Assembly: GCF_001194135.2 (NCBI RefSeq) | Contig: NC_068987.1 | Span: 50,226,798-50,290,797, forward strand | Direction of reading: 5' to 3' | Source of the DNA: Octopus bimaculoides | Lineage: Eukaryota | Length of the DNA stretch: 64,000 nucleotides | In this document: positions 24,125 through 36,360 of the stretch, piece by piece | How positions within the stretch are numbered: the first letter of the stretch is position 1 | How the letters are laid out: each line of letters starts with the position of its first letter | The notes under the pieces: model-generated | The model's input: only the letters and a program-made list of their open reading frames with translations | Database searches by the model: none | Told to the model about the DNA's origin: nothing | Position numbers and translations under genes: made by a program

Positions 24125-24768
24125 NNNNNNNNNNNNNNNNNNNNNNNNNNNNNNNNNNNNNNNNNNNNNNNNNNNNNNNNNNNNNNNNNNNNNNNNNNNN
24201 NNNNNNNNNNNNNNNNNNNNNNNNNNNNNNNNNNNNNNNNNNNNNNNNNNNNNNNNNNNNNNNNNNNNNNNNNNNNNNNNNNNNNNNNNNNNNNNNNNNN
24301 NNNNNNNNNNNNNNNNNNNNNNNNNNNNNNNNNNNNNNNNNNNNNNNNNNNNNNNNNNNNNNNNNNNNNNNNNNNNNNNNNNNNNNNNNNNNNNNNNNNN
24401 NNNNNNNNNNNNNNNNNNNNNNNNNNNNNNNNNNNNNNNNNNNNNNNNNNNNNNNNNNNNNNNNNNNNNNNNNNNNNNNNNNNNNNNNNNNNNNNNNNNN
24501 NNNNNNNNNNNNNNNNNNNNNNNNNNNNNNNNNNNNNNNNNNNNNNNNNNNNNNNNNNNNNNNNNNNNNNNNNNNNNNNNNNNNNNNNNNNNNNNNNNNN
24601 NNNNNNNNNNNNNNNNNNNNNNNNNNNNNNNNNNNNNNNNNNNNNNNNNNNNNNNNNNNNNNNNNNNNNNNNNNNNNNNNNNNNNNNNNNNNNNNNNNNN
24701 NNNNNNNNNNNNNNNNNNNNNNNNNNNNNNNNNNNNNNNNNNNNNNNNNNNNNNNNNNNNNNNNNNNN

Positions 24769-24830
<62 letters not shown>

Positions 24831-24849
24831 TATGTATGTACTCAATATC

Positions 24850-25975
24850 TTTTCTTCTTAGTGTCTACTTTTAGGAATTAAGTGCTCTTGCTTTTCCTTG
24901 TATGTGACGTTTTGACTTCTTGTAATGGTGTTGGTACCTGAAAAGTGTCATATAGCCAATCCATAAGTATTTCTACTCTTGTTGGTTCCTTTTCTATGAC
25001 TCTTTCCTTAAGCTGATTTCTATGTCTCCTTTCCATTCCATTTCTGCTTCTTACACCATACATCATTCTTCCTATGTATGTTACAATTTCTCCTTCCCAG
25101 TACTGCTTGCCATTTTTCTACATTCTTACATATACCTCATCACCTATTCTAAAGAATTTTGGCATCTCTTTATTAGCATGTATTTTTTTCTTCACTGGTA
25201 ACAGTTTATCGAATACTGACTTAACCTTTTTGGCAAACATTAATTCTGCTGGTGAACTTCTTTTGGTGCATTTGGGTTCGGACTTATCCTGTATACCTTT
25301 AAGAATTGTTGGATTGTGACCTTGTCTGTGGCTTCTTTATTAGCTTTCTTTAATGCTCTCTTAAAAGAGTCCACAAACTGTTTGGCTCTTCCATTAAATC
25401 TAGAGTGATACGGTACTATAGTTTTAGCTTGGAAGTGGATAATTGTGTGTGAGGAAACAGTCGTTTAACCCAGTTGAGATGTCTGTGCACACTCTTAGCT
25501 TACTTTTTTTTTATGTACACTGCCGGTGCTGCCTAGTCTGCATGGTCAGTCTTTTCAGTTATATTCAGGCTTTCCAACCTTTCTAGTTCTTTATTGACCT
25601 GGTCTACCAATGCAAATGGCATGTTCCATTTGGGCCTGAAACAAGTGTTGAATTTTCTTTGATAGCGATCCTTGCTTTTGTTTTTGTGCAACAGCCTAAA
25701 TCTTCTGAAAAAAACTTTGGAGAAAGTTTCTTTCATTTTTTTTTGTTTCAGTTCATCTACCTCATTTGGTCATTTGACTGCTCCGTTTGTTATTGCACAA
25801 AGCACTCATGGGTTTATCCCATAAATTAAATTCCTTCATACATTTAGTGCCAAATAAATTCATGGATTTTTTCAACACATAAACATTTACTTTTTGGGCT
25901 TGACCTTTGAACATTATATTATTAGGCATACTATTAGGCATACTATTTGGGGCAAACCCAACACATAAATTTTAA
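24850..25975 (-). mobile_element. Decayed, internally deleted Gypsy/Ty3 pol (protease end, RT start, integrase C-terminus)
   Basis: Manual translation: VYVLKKSMNLFGT..FNLWDKP; FRPKWNMPFALVDQVNKELERLESLNITEKTDHAD*AAP..LRVCTDISTGLNDCFLTHNYPLPS; jump to PYHSRFNGRAKQFVDSFKRAL..FLKVYRISP..SPAELMF..RRHRNQL. Confidence 0.88.
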
Positions 25976-26840
25976 TTGAAACTTTAATTTCAACTTATAT
26001 ATATATAAGTGTGTGTGTGTTTTACTCTCCTTGCCTTGACATCATGAGACAGCTATTAACAAGTGTCACCCTTAGGTAAATGGTGTCCTTCATTTCCAAT
26101 CTTTTATGAAAACATGTCTGGTTGTGGGGAAATATTACCTTACTTTGAAACAAATGACAAGAAGGGCATATATATGACTGTGGAAAATCTGCCGCAATAA
26201 ATTCTATCTGATCAATGTGAACATGAAAAAGTGGATGTTAAAACCGAGGAAAATTAACTGAAGCAAAAAGCAGTGTGTTTAATAGAAATATGGTAACAAA
26301 AAAGTTAAATAAAGTATTTCTATGAAGATAAACTCACCAGGACAATTGATAAAAGCTGGGAGCCCAGTTTTTATGTTGAAATTAGGGAACTTGCTAAAAG
26401 TGTACAACTTTTGCAACAATAACCAAGTTTCAAAGTTAGTCATGATATTGTACACTGTTAGAGAATAACCATCAATTACATAGGATGGTTGTTAGATTAC
26501 CAGCAAGAATCTGTCTGACCATCCACCCATACATTACAGTATCACCTACAGTTATAAACAACATTCCAGGAATAACTTCTGATAGCAATAAATGAAGAAT
26601 ATGAGTGTTTCTTCACTTTTTTTTTGGCAAATTGATGTCTTCCATTTCTGAACAGAGTCAGGAAAGAACTTCAACATTTAATAACTCCTTTATTTTATTT
26701 TTCACTTTTGTTGTTATAAACTTACAATATTGTAGCATATCATACAGTATATATATTAAATAAATGTATGCAAGGTGTGAACAATGACATATTGTAAATA
26801 CAATAGATAAATGAATAAGTAAATGCAATAAGTAATAGGT

Positions 26841-26999
26841 ACAAGCATGGCTGTGTGGTAAGAAGTTTGCTTCCCGACTACATGATTCTGGGTTCAGTCC
26901 CACTGCGTGACACCTTGGGCAAGTGTCTTCTATTGTAGCCTTGAGCTGACCAAAGCCATGTGAGTAGATGTGGTAGATGGAAACTGAAAGTAGCTTGTC

Positions 27000-27049
<50 letters not shown>

Positions 27050-27240
27050 TGTGTGTATGTGTTTGTCCACAGCCTCTGCTTGGCAACTATTGTTGGTGTG
27101 TTTACCGTTTGACAAAAGAGACCAACAGTAAGTGCCTTGCTTTACAAAAGAAAAATAAATTTTGAGGTCGATTCATTCATCTAAAGTTCTTCAAGACGGT
27201 TTCCTCTGCATGGCTGCAGCTAATGACTGAAACAAAAAGA
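26841..27240 (+). mobile_element. Family-A SINE
   Basis: TGGCTGTGTGGTAAG (A-box-like), GGTTCAGTCCC (B-box-like), internal (TA)/(TG)n, A tail ending AATGACTGAAACAA. Confidence 0.85.
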
Positions 27241-27984
27241 AACGATAAATAAAAATACATAAATAAAATAATAATAGATATATTTATGCAATTTTCAGAT
27301 CCTTTCATGACTCTTATCTTGTCCTGCATATTAAACAAGTTTCTTTGTTTTTGCACATGTATTTGCATATATACATGCACATGCATTGAGTCAAGATTTG
27401 GATGCTACTCTTGGATAGGATTTTTGTGTGTTATGATTAACTTTCAGAAGAAGCTTGGCACCACCTATTCCTACTGCAATTCAAAAATCACTCTGTTATG
27501 TGGCAATGGCTCATGGTAAAAACATGAGAGTTGAATAATGGAATATATTTGGAATTATTGATGATAGGAGGAATTATTAATTAGAAATAATATTATGGAA
27601 GTCAGGAAAGATTTTATACAGAAAGAAATAAAACTGAAAAAGAGAAAGAGGTTGCTTTAAAATTGTTATGAATAATAAAAATGTAAAATGATAAAAATAT
27701 ATCTTGTCTTACACAAATACCAGAAACACATTCACTGGTTCAATATCACTTTTTTATTGTTAGTCTGTTGGTTTAATATGTTGATTAAACAATTAATCAG
27801 TTATTTGTTAGTCAAAGTCCGTTTGTCACTATCTGTGACCTGTAAATATATGTGTATATATATATGTGTATGTGTGTATATGCAAAATAGAACACTCACA
27901 TTTAATGTAGTAAACTAGTAAACACACGCACACATATATATAGAGAGATACATACCCACATTAACAAGTGTGCAAAATATAATT

Positions 27985-28028
<44 letters not shown>

Positions 28029-28580
28029 CACGTGTGTGTGTGTGCATGCATAGACATCTCTATATATGCAAAAACATACACAAAATAATGGTAAAAATCA
28101 AAGACACACCAGTCCTTATGATACCAAAAATGGTAAAATGCTGTATGCTAAATATATGATCTATGGCCATATGTTGTAAACATAGACAAGGATAAATATG
28201 AAAATTGAGAGATATAATGATATGTACAAGAGTATATAGTAAAGCATGTGAAATATATGGAACCGCTGTTACACATATTAATTAGATAGAAGTACTCTCA
28301 AGGCATTAAACAATTAATTAATCATTCTCTCAACAAATATACAAAAACATGTAAGCAGAGTTAAATATAAATGTATATGCATGCACACATAACACACATG
28401 TACATGTATACACACACACTTGCATACCAAAGCTGACATTAGAGCTCAATGCAGCTCTGCAGCTTACTGGATTCTGTCAAACTATCCAGCTCATGCCAGC
28501 ATAGAAAATGGATGTTAGATGATGATATATGTGTATAATGTCTGAGATTGGTTCAGTCAAAGTTGATTACTTTTATATAT

Positions 28581-28747
28581 AGGCGCAGGAGTGGCTGTGT
28601 GGTAAGTAGCTTGCTTACCAACCACATGGTTCTGGGTTCATTCCCACTGCGTGGCACATGGGCAAGTGTCTTCTACTATAATCCCGGGCTGACCAAAGCC
28701 TTGTGAGTGGATTTGGTAGATGGAAACTGAAAGAAGCCCGTAGTATA

Positions 28748-28830
<83 letters not shown>

Positions 28831-29052
28831 GCGTGTGTGTGTTTGTGTGTCTGTGTTTGTCTCCCCATCATTGCTTGACCACCGATGCTGGTGTGTTTAT
28901 GTCTCCGTAACTTAGTGGTTCGGCAATAAGAGGCCGATAGAATAAGTACTAGGCTTACAAAGAATAAGTCCCGGGGTCGATTTTCTCGACTAAAGGCAGT
29001 ACTCTAGCATGGCCACAGTCAAATGACTGAAACAAGTAAAAGAGTAAAGAGT
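28581..29052 (+). mobile_element. Family-A SINE, well preserved, full length
   Basis: GGCGCAGGAGTGGCTGTGTGGTAAG...GGTTCATTCCC...GGAAACTGAAAGAAGCCC-(microsatellite)-...CAAATGACTGAAACAAGTAAAAGAGT. Related copies at 41790-42160 (+), 47648-48010 (+) and 46135-46300 (- head). Confidence 0.9.
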
Positions 29053-29495
29053 AGTACTTAATACAAAATGAGTATGGAATTTTAATTTCTTTTCAATAAT
29101 TTGCTTTATGATGATAGTATGAATTATGATATATATGTGCATGTATGTACATATACATATATGTATATATGTGTCTTCATCATCATCGTTAAACGTCTGC
29201 TTTCCATGCTAGCATGGGTTGGATGGTTTGACTGAGGACTGGCTAGCTGGGAGGCTACACCAGGCTCCAATCTAATCTGGCAAGGTTTCTACAGCTGGAT
29301 GCCCTTCCTAACGCCTACCACTCCAACCACATCTGCACATTTTCTGATTTTCATTCAAATAGTGCTTTTTATGTGCCCTGGTATGGGAGCCTGTCAGGTG
29401 GCACTGGCATTGACCATGATCAAATGGTACATTTTATGTGCCACCAGCACAGGAGCCAGTCAGGCATCACTGGCATCTTCTGTATATACATGTGT

Positions 29496-29532
<37 letters not shown>

Positions 29533-30179
29533 AATATATATGTATATATATACATATATATATACATATATATACATATATATATGTATATATATATATG
29601 TATATATATATATGTATATATATGTATATATATANNNNNNNNNNNNNNNNNNNNNNNNNNNNNNNNNNNNNNNNNNNNNNNNNNNNNNNNNNNNNNNNNN
29701 NNNNNNNNNNNNNNNNNNNNNNNNNNNNNNNNNNNNNNNNNNNNNNNNNNNNNNNNNNNNNNNNNNNNNNNNNNNNNNNNNNNNNNNNNNNNNNNNNNNN
29801 NNNNNNNNNNNNNNNNNNNNNNNNNNNNNNNNNNNNNNNNNNNNNNNNNNNNNNNNNNNNNNNNNNNNNNNNNNNNNNNNNNNNNNNNNNNNNNNNNNNN
29901 NNNNNNNNNNNNNNNNNNNNNNNNNNNNNNNNNNNNNNNNNNNNNNNNNNNNNNNNNNNNNNNNNNNNNNNNNNNNNNNNNNNNNNNNNNNNNNNNNNNN
30001 NNNNNNNNNNNNNNNNNNNNNNNNNNNNNNNNNNNNNNNNNNNNNNNNNNNNNNNNNNNNNNNNNNNNNNNNNNNNNNNNNNNNNNNNNNNNNNNNNNNN
30101 NNNNNNNNNNNNNNNNNNNNNNNNNNNNNNNNNNNNNNNNNNNNNNNNNNNNNNNTATATATAAATAAATATATATAAA

Positions 30180-31110
30180 AAAGGCTGAATAAAAAGCAAG
30201 CTAAGTTTTGATGCATGAAATTCATCACAATATATTTCAGCAATGTGAAAATTTTATTCATCAAAGTAAGTGCCATTATAATCAGTACATTTTTGCCAAT
30301 GAGTTACAGTTTTGTTTATTTTGGTGACATAAAAATCTGGAGTTCTGGAGCTGATGAACTCTTTGAATGCAACTTTAGCATTGGTTTGATTTTTGAACTC
30401 CTTCTGTTGATGGATACCATCAAAGTGCTTGAAAAAATGGTAGTCAGTAGGAGAAAGGTTTGGGGATTAAGCTGGGTGGGGAAGAACATCATAGCCAAGT
30501 TCCCTCAACTTCTGGAGCTTCATTAGTGAAACGTGTTGTTGAGCATTGTCATGAAGAGTGACTGGCCCTCTTCTGTTGACCGGTCTGGGATGGAGGAGTA
30601 GCAGTTTTTTGTTCATTCTGGCAATTTCATGGAAATGTGTTTCTGCAGTAATGGTTTTTCTGAGTTTTAAGAAGTTATAGTGGATGATTCCAGCAATACA
30701 CCACCAAACAATTACCATAACCTTCTTTTTGAAGAGCTCGGGTTTAGGGAAGGTTTTCAGTACTTCATTTTGGTCCAACCACTGTGAAGAACGTTTTCTA
30801 TGATTGTACAGAATCCACTTTTCATCACAAGTTACAATATGGTTGAGAAATGGATCAGTCTGGTTACAGAGAAGTGACGAGCAACTTTCATATCTGCACA
30901 TTTTCTGATTTTCATTCAAATCGTGTGGTACCCATTTGTCGAGCTTTTTTTATTTTCTGATCACATGCAAATGATTGCAGGCAGTTTTCTGGCTAACTTG
31001 AAGTTTGTTTTTTTTGCCAGTTCTCGAGTGGTTTTACATGGATCTTTCTCAATGACAGTCTTTAATTGACTGTCATTGATGAGAGATGGGCATCCACAAG
31101 GTTGAATTCA
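30180..31110 (-). mobile_element. mariner (DD34D) transposase remnant
   Basis: WVPHDL/NENQK..IVTCDEKW..LHDNA..LPHPA*SPNLSPTDYH..HWQKC..GTYFDE*; exactly 34 residues between the second and third catalytic Asp; in-frame TAA replaces the Y of YSPDL; N-terminus truncated and frameshifted. Confidence 0.92.
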
Positions 31111-31364
31111 ATTTCATCCGATACCTTACTATCTTAATTCTGTAATATTAACAACTATACTTCTATTTTTATTTCATTATCTTATATTTAACTTACACAA
31201 TTGAATATAAGTTTTTACACTAAACATTTTTTTTCCATTATATAGAGCTATTCTCTAATAACTCCGTTCTTTTCGATTGCATTGAAGTAGCCTAATAGAA
31301 ACTATGTTAACTAGTTTTTATTTTTTATTCTCACACAAAAAATTTTTTTTTTTAAATAACTTCT

Positions 31365-31560
31365 TTAAATGGGGTAGGACCACATTTGTCAGCAATTATA
31401 GCTTGAATTTTATGAGGCATGGACTCGTACAAAGTTTGAATTGTTTACAAAGGAATTTTTGTCCATTCTTCAGCTAAAACCATCTCCAGTTCTTGTAGTG
31501 ATGATGGTGGAAGATATCGACTCCTTACTTGTTTTTCTAAAATGCACCATAAATGCCCTT
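31365..31560 (-). mobile_element. Tc1-like transposase C-terminal remnant
   Basis: Manual translation GHLWCILEKQVRSRYLPPSSLQELEMVLAEEWTKIPL*TIQTLYESMPHKIQAIIADKCGPTPF matches the Tc1 C-terminus (EHLW..L..EW..IP..I..L..SMPRR..AVI..KGGPTxY). Confidence 0.8.
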
Positions 31561-32478
31561 TTGAGTTACATAAGCACCTTTACTGTCTCCCCCATTCCAA
31601 AATTTACCTACATCTCCAATTTCATTTTAATCAGATAAAAAACATAAAAGTTATGGCCAAAAATAAAATCAGGGATTTTATTTTTGGCGTCTTTTATAAA
31701 ACCACTGCTCAGGTGCAATTATCGATTTTTTTTGTCAATGCCATATACTGACATCAACTCACTGCCATGAGCTTTGCTCACTCATCGATGCCATCTGAGT
31801 ATTATTGAGTTTTCAAAAAATTCCAGCCTTATTTGAACTTCAGGGCATGTAATCTACCTATGTGCGGAAAACCATTAAAATTGGTTGGATGGTGTGGGAG
31901 GAGTTAGAGTAACCTGAAACACATAGACAGACAGTCACCATTACACATTTATGTATATAGATGTATATGTGTGTATGTATANNNNNNNNNNNNNNNNNNN
32001 NNNNNNNNNNNNNNNNNNNNNNNNNNNNNNNNNNNNNNNNNNNNNNNNNNNNNNNNNNNNNNNNNNNNNNNNNNNNNNNNNNNNNNNNNNNNNNNNNNNN
32101 NNNNNNNNNNNNNNNNNNNNNNNNNNNNNNNNNNNNNNNNNNNNNNNNNNNNNNNNNNNNNNNNNNNNNNNNNNNNNNNNNNNNNNNNNNNNNNNNNNNN
32201 NNNNNNNNNNNNNNNNNNNNNNNNNNNNNNNNNNNNNNNNNNNNNNNNNNNNNNNNNNNNNNNNNNNNNNNNNNNNNNNNNNNNNNNNNNNNNNNNNNNN
32301 NNNNNNNNNNNNNNNNNNNNNNNNNNNNNNNNNNNNNNNNNNNNNNNNNNNNNNNNNNNNNNNNNNNNNNNNNNNNNNNNNNNNNNNNNNNNNNNNNNNN
32401 NNNNNNNNNNNNNNNNNNNNNNNNNNTATATACATGTTTTGTTTTATGTCAAAATATATATGTATATACACATACACA

Positions 32479-32696
32479 TAAGGAGGTGCTGAAAATTTTC
32501 TGCTTTGAGTAAAAGAAAATACAGGAGGGTCAGTTAATTACGAGTTTATTCAACTTATTCCCCTTTGAGATTTGCACACTTATTGCAGTGGTCTTTTAGT
32601 TTCTCTAAGCCCTGTAAAAGAACTCAGAAGGTTGGGTCTCCAACCAGGCCTTTTGCAATACTTTCAAAGCCAGGAACTTTTCAGTACTCACTCATA
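32479..32696 (-). mobile_element. mariner-derived MITE
   Basis: Imperfect TIRs TAAGGAGGTGCTGAAAATTTTCTGCTTT / AAAGCCAGGAACTTTTCAGTACTCACTCATA; TA at the ends; inverted sister copy at 34178-34400. Confidence 0.75.
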
Positions 32697-34177
32697 TATG
32701 AACAATTCAACATTAAACTGAATGTTTAATTTATTACCAGAGTTAATATGTACTATACTAAAATGTACTTTTTAGTAGAGTTTATATTTATTAACTTTTA
32801 CAAGAGAAAAGTTGATGGTGGCTTCAAAGCAAACAAGCTGAATCTCCTATGTCACTGACATTCTTTACTTTGTGAAAGTTAACATGCATGCACGTGCACG
32901 TGCATGCATGCACACACACACACACACACACACACGCTTCAATATCCACAAATACTTTGCTTTCAGTTATGGGTGTCATGGCACAGTGGAGTAAAGGAGG
33001 TAGTTGGGTACAGACTAAGCACAGTGGTTAGAGCAAATGGTTATAAAATGAGAGGGTATGGATGGACAACTGGTGGGGATGCATGCCCAGAATAGAAACT
33101 GCAAAGGAAGGGGCATATGCACTAAGCTTGAGAAGGAGGTCAGATCTTCTGTAGCACCAGGTAATGCCCTCTCTTCTCCATATCTCCACCATAAATATAT
33201 CCTATTAGACCTCTTTCCTCCCAAATCATAGATCATGATGCTTGGGTGGGGAAGGATTACATGCTGGCAACCTTCACATACACTCCCTGACTCCCCTATC
33301 ACTATGCTCTCTTGGACATGTTACTTTGAGGATATACTCTGGTCTCACCATTATCTTATCTGTCTCTCATCTGTACCACCCTACCCACCTATATATATAA
33401 TGTGGACAGCACTGTATTTCCTCCTACTCAATCTCTTCATCCTCCCTCCTTACTATCCTTTTCTCTTCTCTTCTCTCTTTCTCTCTCTCTCAACAATGGG
33501 TTGCAGTACACCTCCACCTACTCAACACTTTCCACAGTCTTATCACTCTGGCTCACTGATGCCTTTTTTCTCTTCTCTCCTGTTAACCTTTCCTAATGGT
33601 GTCCCTGCCCTTTCTCAATAATACATCTGTATTACCCCAATAAGAACTACTTTGGCCCTAACCAACCATCGAACCCATGCTAGTTTGGCACACAGACTGA
33701 GTTATTCCATTGTTGGGTCAGCTTAGTCACTCCACTTTATTACCATGACCACATTGTCTCCTCCCATACTCTCCTTCACACTAAACCCTGATATTATTCT
33801 TCACCTCTGTCACTTCCACTTCTCTCAAAATCTGTTCCTTCAGTCATAGGCTACTCTCTTTCGCTTTGCAGGCTAAGGTGACTCCAACAATGCTGGTGCC
33901 ACAGAAAGCACTCAGTACACTCTAAGTGACCTGAACTGTGACAACACAAGGCCTGAGAGAGCTCTTTAGTCTTGCTGATGGCATGACATCATCTATAGTG
34001 CTGGTGCTGGAAAGAAAAGTGCACTCTGTCAAATGGTTGGTGTTAGGAAAGGTATCTTGCCATTGAGACTAGGCCAAAAACGAGACATTGGAAGAAAACA
34101 TGGTCGTTCAACCAGCTAGATACTGTTCAAGCATCCTGTCTATGCTAGCATGGAAACAATCATAAAATAGTGATGAT

Positions 34178-34400
34178 ATCCGAAGGAGTGCTGAAAGGTT
34201 CCCAGTTTTAAGGGTATCATGAAAGGCCTAGCTGGAGGCTCAACGTTTTGAGTTCTTTTACAGGGTTTAGAAAAACTGAAGAACTGCTGCAATGAGTGTG
34301 TGAATCTGAGAGGGGAATATATTGAATAAAATTCCGAATTAACTGATCCTCCTTTATTTTCTTTTACCCAAAGCCAGGAACTTTTCAGTATTCCCTTATA
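34178..34400 (+). mobile_element. mariner-derived MITE (sister of 32479-32696)
   Basis: Same TIRs; the interior encodes a mariner-like C-terminus (GLEKLKNCCNECVNLRGEYIE*). Confidence 0.75.
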
Positions 34401-34536
34401 AGGAATAGGTACAAACAATAGAAAATATGTAGCAGACGGAATAAACAAACAAAAGAAAAAGAAAGAAAATGTAGCCATCATTAGCTATCTTGCAAAGGAG
34501 CCTGGTAGCTTTAACTCCTTGATGTGCATGCGCCTG

Positions 34537-34636
<100 letters not shown>

Positions 34637-35689
34637 GAGCTTGTATTAACATGCTTTTCAGATAATCCTGTTTGCTCTCTCTATTCATTGTCATTAGCAA
34701 CAGTGTATACAATTGGTGGCTGTAATGTGGAAACACTGATAATGAACATGTAGAGCTGAATTTCTATGATTAGAGTTCTTATAGAAATCTAATCCACAAA
34801 TAATCTATCTCTAATTATGAATTACTTTATTGATTTCTCAGAGATTGAATCATATCACTTGTTGTTATTACTATTGTTGTAACTTTGGTTTTATTTCTAC
34901 ATGTATGCAATCTCTCTCTCCTTTAGTCTAATATCATGTCTGCTGTTCTGCTGTAAAATCTAACGGCTATTATTGATAAATTTTCTATGTTTTAAATCTC
35001 AATTGATATGCAACAGTTATTTGGTCATCTCAGATATTTAATGATAATTAAAATGCGCATGGCATTCAAGGCCCCCTTTCTTTCTTTCTTTCTTTCATTC
35101 TTTCTTTCTTTCATTCTTTCTTCCTTCCTTCCCCCCCTCTCTCTCTCACCTTTTCTCTTCATTTCTTTTTAACTTAATATTAAGAGTGGGGGGGAAAGTG
35201 TGATGAGCTGACAGAATCATTAGCATCCCGGACTAAATACTTAGTGGCATTTCCTCTGTCCTTAAGTTCTGAGTTCAAATTCTGCTGAGGTTGACTTAGC
35301 CTTTCATCCTTTCGGGGTCAATGTAATCAACTTACTTCCACTCCCCAAAATGCCAAAATGTGAAACCAATATTAAGAGTGAAAGCAGTAGGAAGGAGCCT
35401 CTCCATAGCTTATTGACCTGCTAGAAATAGTAACTACATTTCCCTCATAGCACACTTTCCCTTTGTCAAATGAGAAAAAAGCAGGGCACAATGGACAATG
35501 TAGTTTTAAATACTAATCATGCTCTTCATGAAAAAATGGGAGGGTCTGCTCAACATAGGATATTCTGATGTTAAAGAGCAACAACAGCTGTATGAAAATG
35601 AAAGTATACTGATTTCCCAAACAATTCAAAAAGAGCCTCAGGTATTGTTGATGAAGCTTGAGTAAGTCTATGTTGCAAAAATGGTGCAA

Positions 35690-36360
35690 GCCTGGTTATA
35701 GGATATGACCGTGTGGTTAAGATATTTGCTTCCAAGTCTTGGGGCTTTGGGTTCATTTACATTGTATGACATCATGGGCAATTGTTTTTTTCCTTTAGCC
35801 CTGAGCACTGACCAAAGCCGGATCTTTTCCCTTTGAACGAAATATACACTGCCGGAAGTTGTTGTTGACAAACAACAGCAGTAATTTTATTCAGCTGAAT
35901 ACACGTCATTGATTGGTTGAAATTACCGAAATACGACAACTTTAACCCGAAATGACTTTGAAAATGCAAACTTTTCTCAACAGCACTAAGAGTAAAAGAT
36001 GTTTTATATGACACATTCTACCAGTGTCCCAAGTTTGAAAGTGTTTAGTTGCAAAAAATTAATTTCTTGATGTGCCGTTCAAAAGGTAAATATCCCCAAA
36101 GCCTTATCCATAGATTTTGTAGATGGAAACTGAAAGAAGCCCATCATATGTGTGTCTTGACATTGTATGAAGGTTGTAAGTGAACATCATTACCAAGCAT
36201 GTGTTGTCATTCATTTCTACTCTTCCATAAAATACAGGTTGACCATGGGAAATATTACTTTGCTAGGAAACAGGTGAGGGTATCTGACTGTAGAAAGTTT
36301 GCCTCAGTGAAATTCAGTCTGACCTATGCAAGCATAGAAAACTGGATGTTGTTATGACAT
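35690..36360 (+). mobile_element. SINE with family-A head and family-D tail, interrupted by a MITE
   Basis: Head CCGTGTGGTTAAG...GGGTTCATTT...GACCAAAGCC; resumes ...GATGGAAACTGAAAGAAGCCC; D tail CATGGGAAATATTACTTTGCTAGGAAACAGGTGAGGG...GCAAGCATAGAAAACTGGATGTT. Confidence 0.75.
35820..36095. mobile_element. 276-bp MITE with 20-bp TIRs and an 8-bp TSD (Merlin- or hAT-type)
   Basis: TSD CCAAAGCC at 35812-35819 and 36096-36103; left TIR GGATCTTTTCCCTTTGAACG versus right (rc) GGATATTTACCTTTTGAACG, 17/20 identical. Confidence 0.9.
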
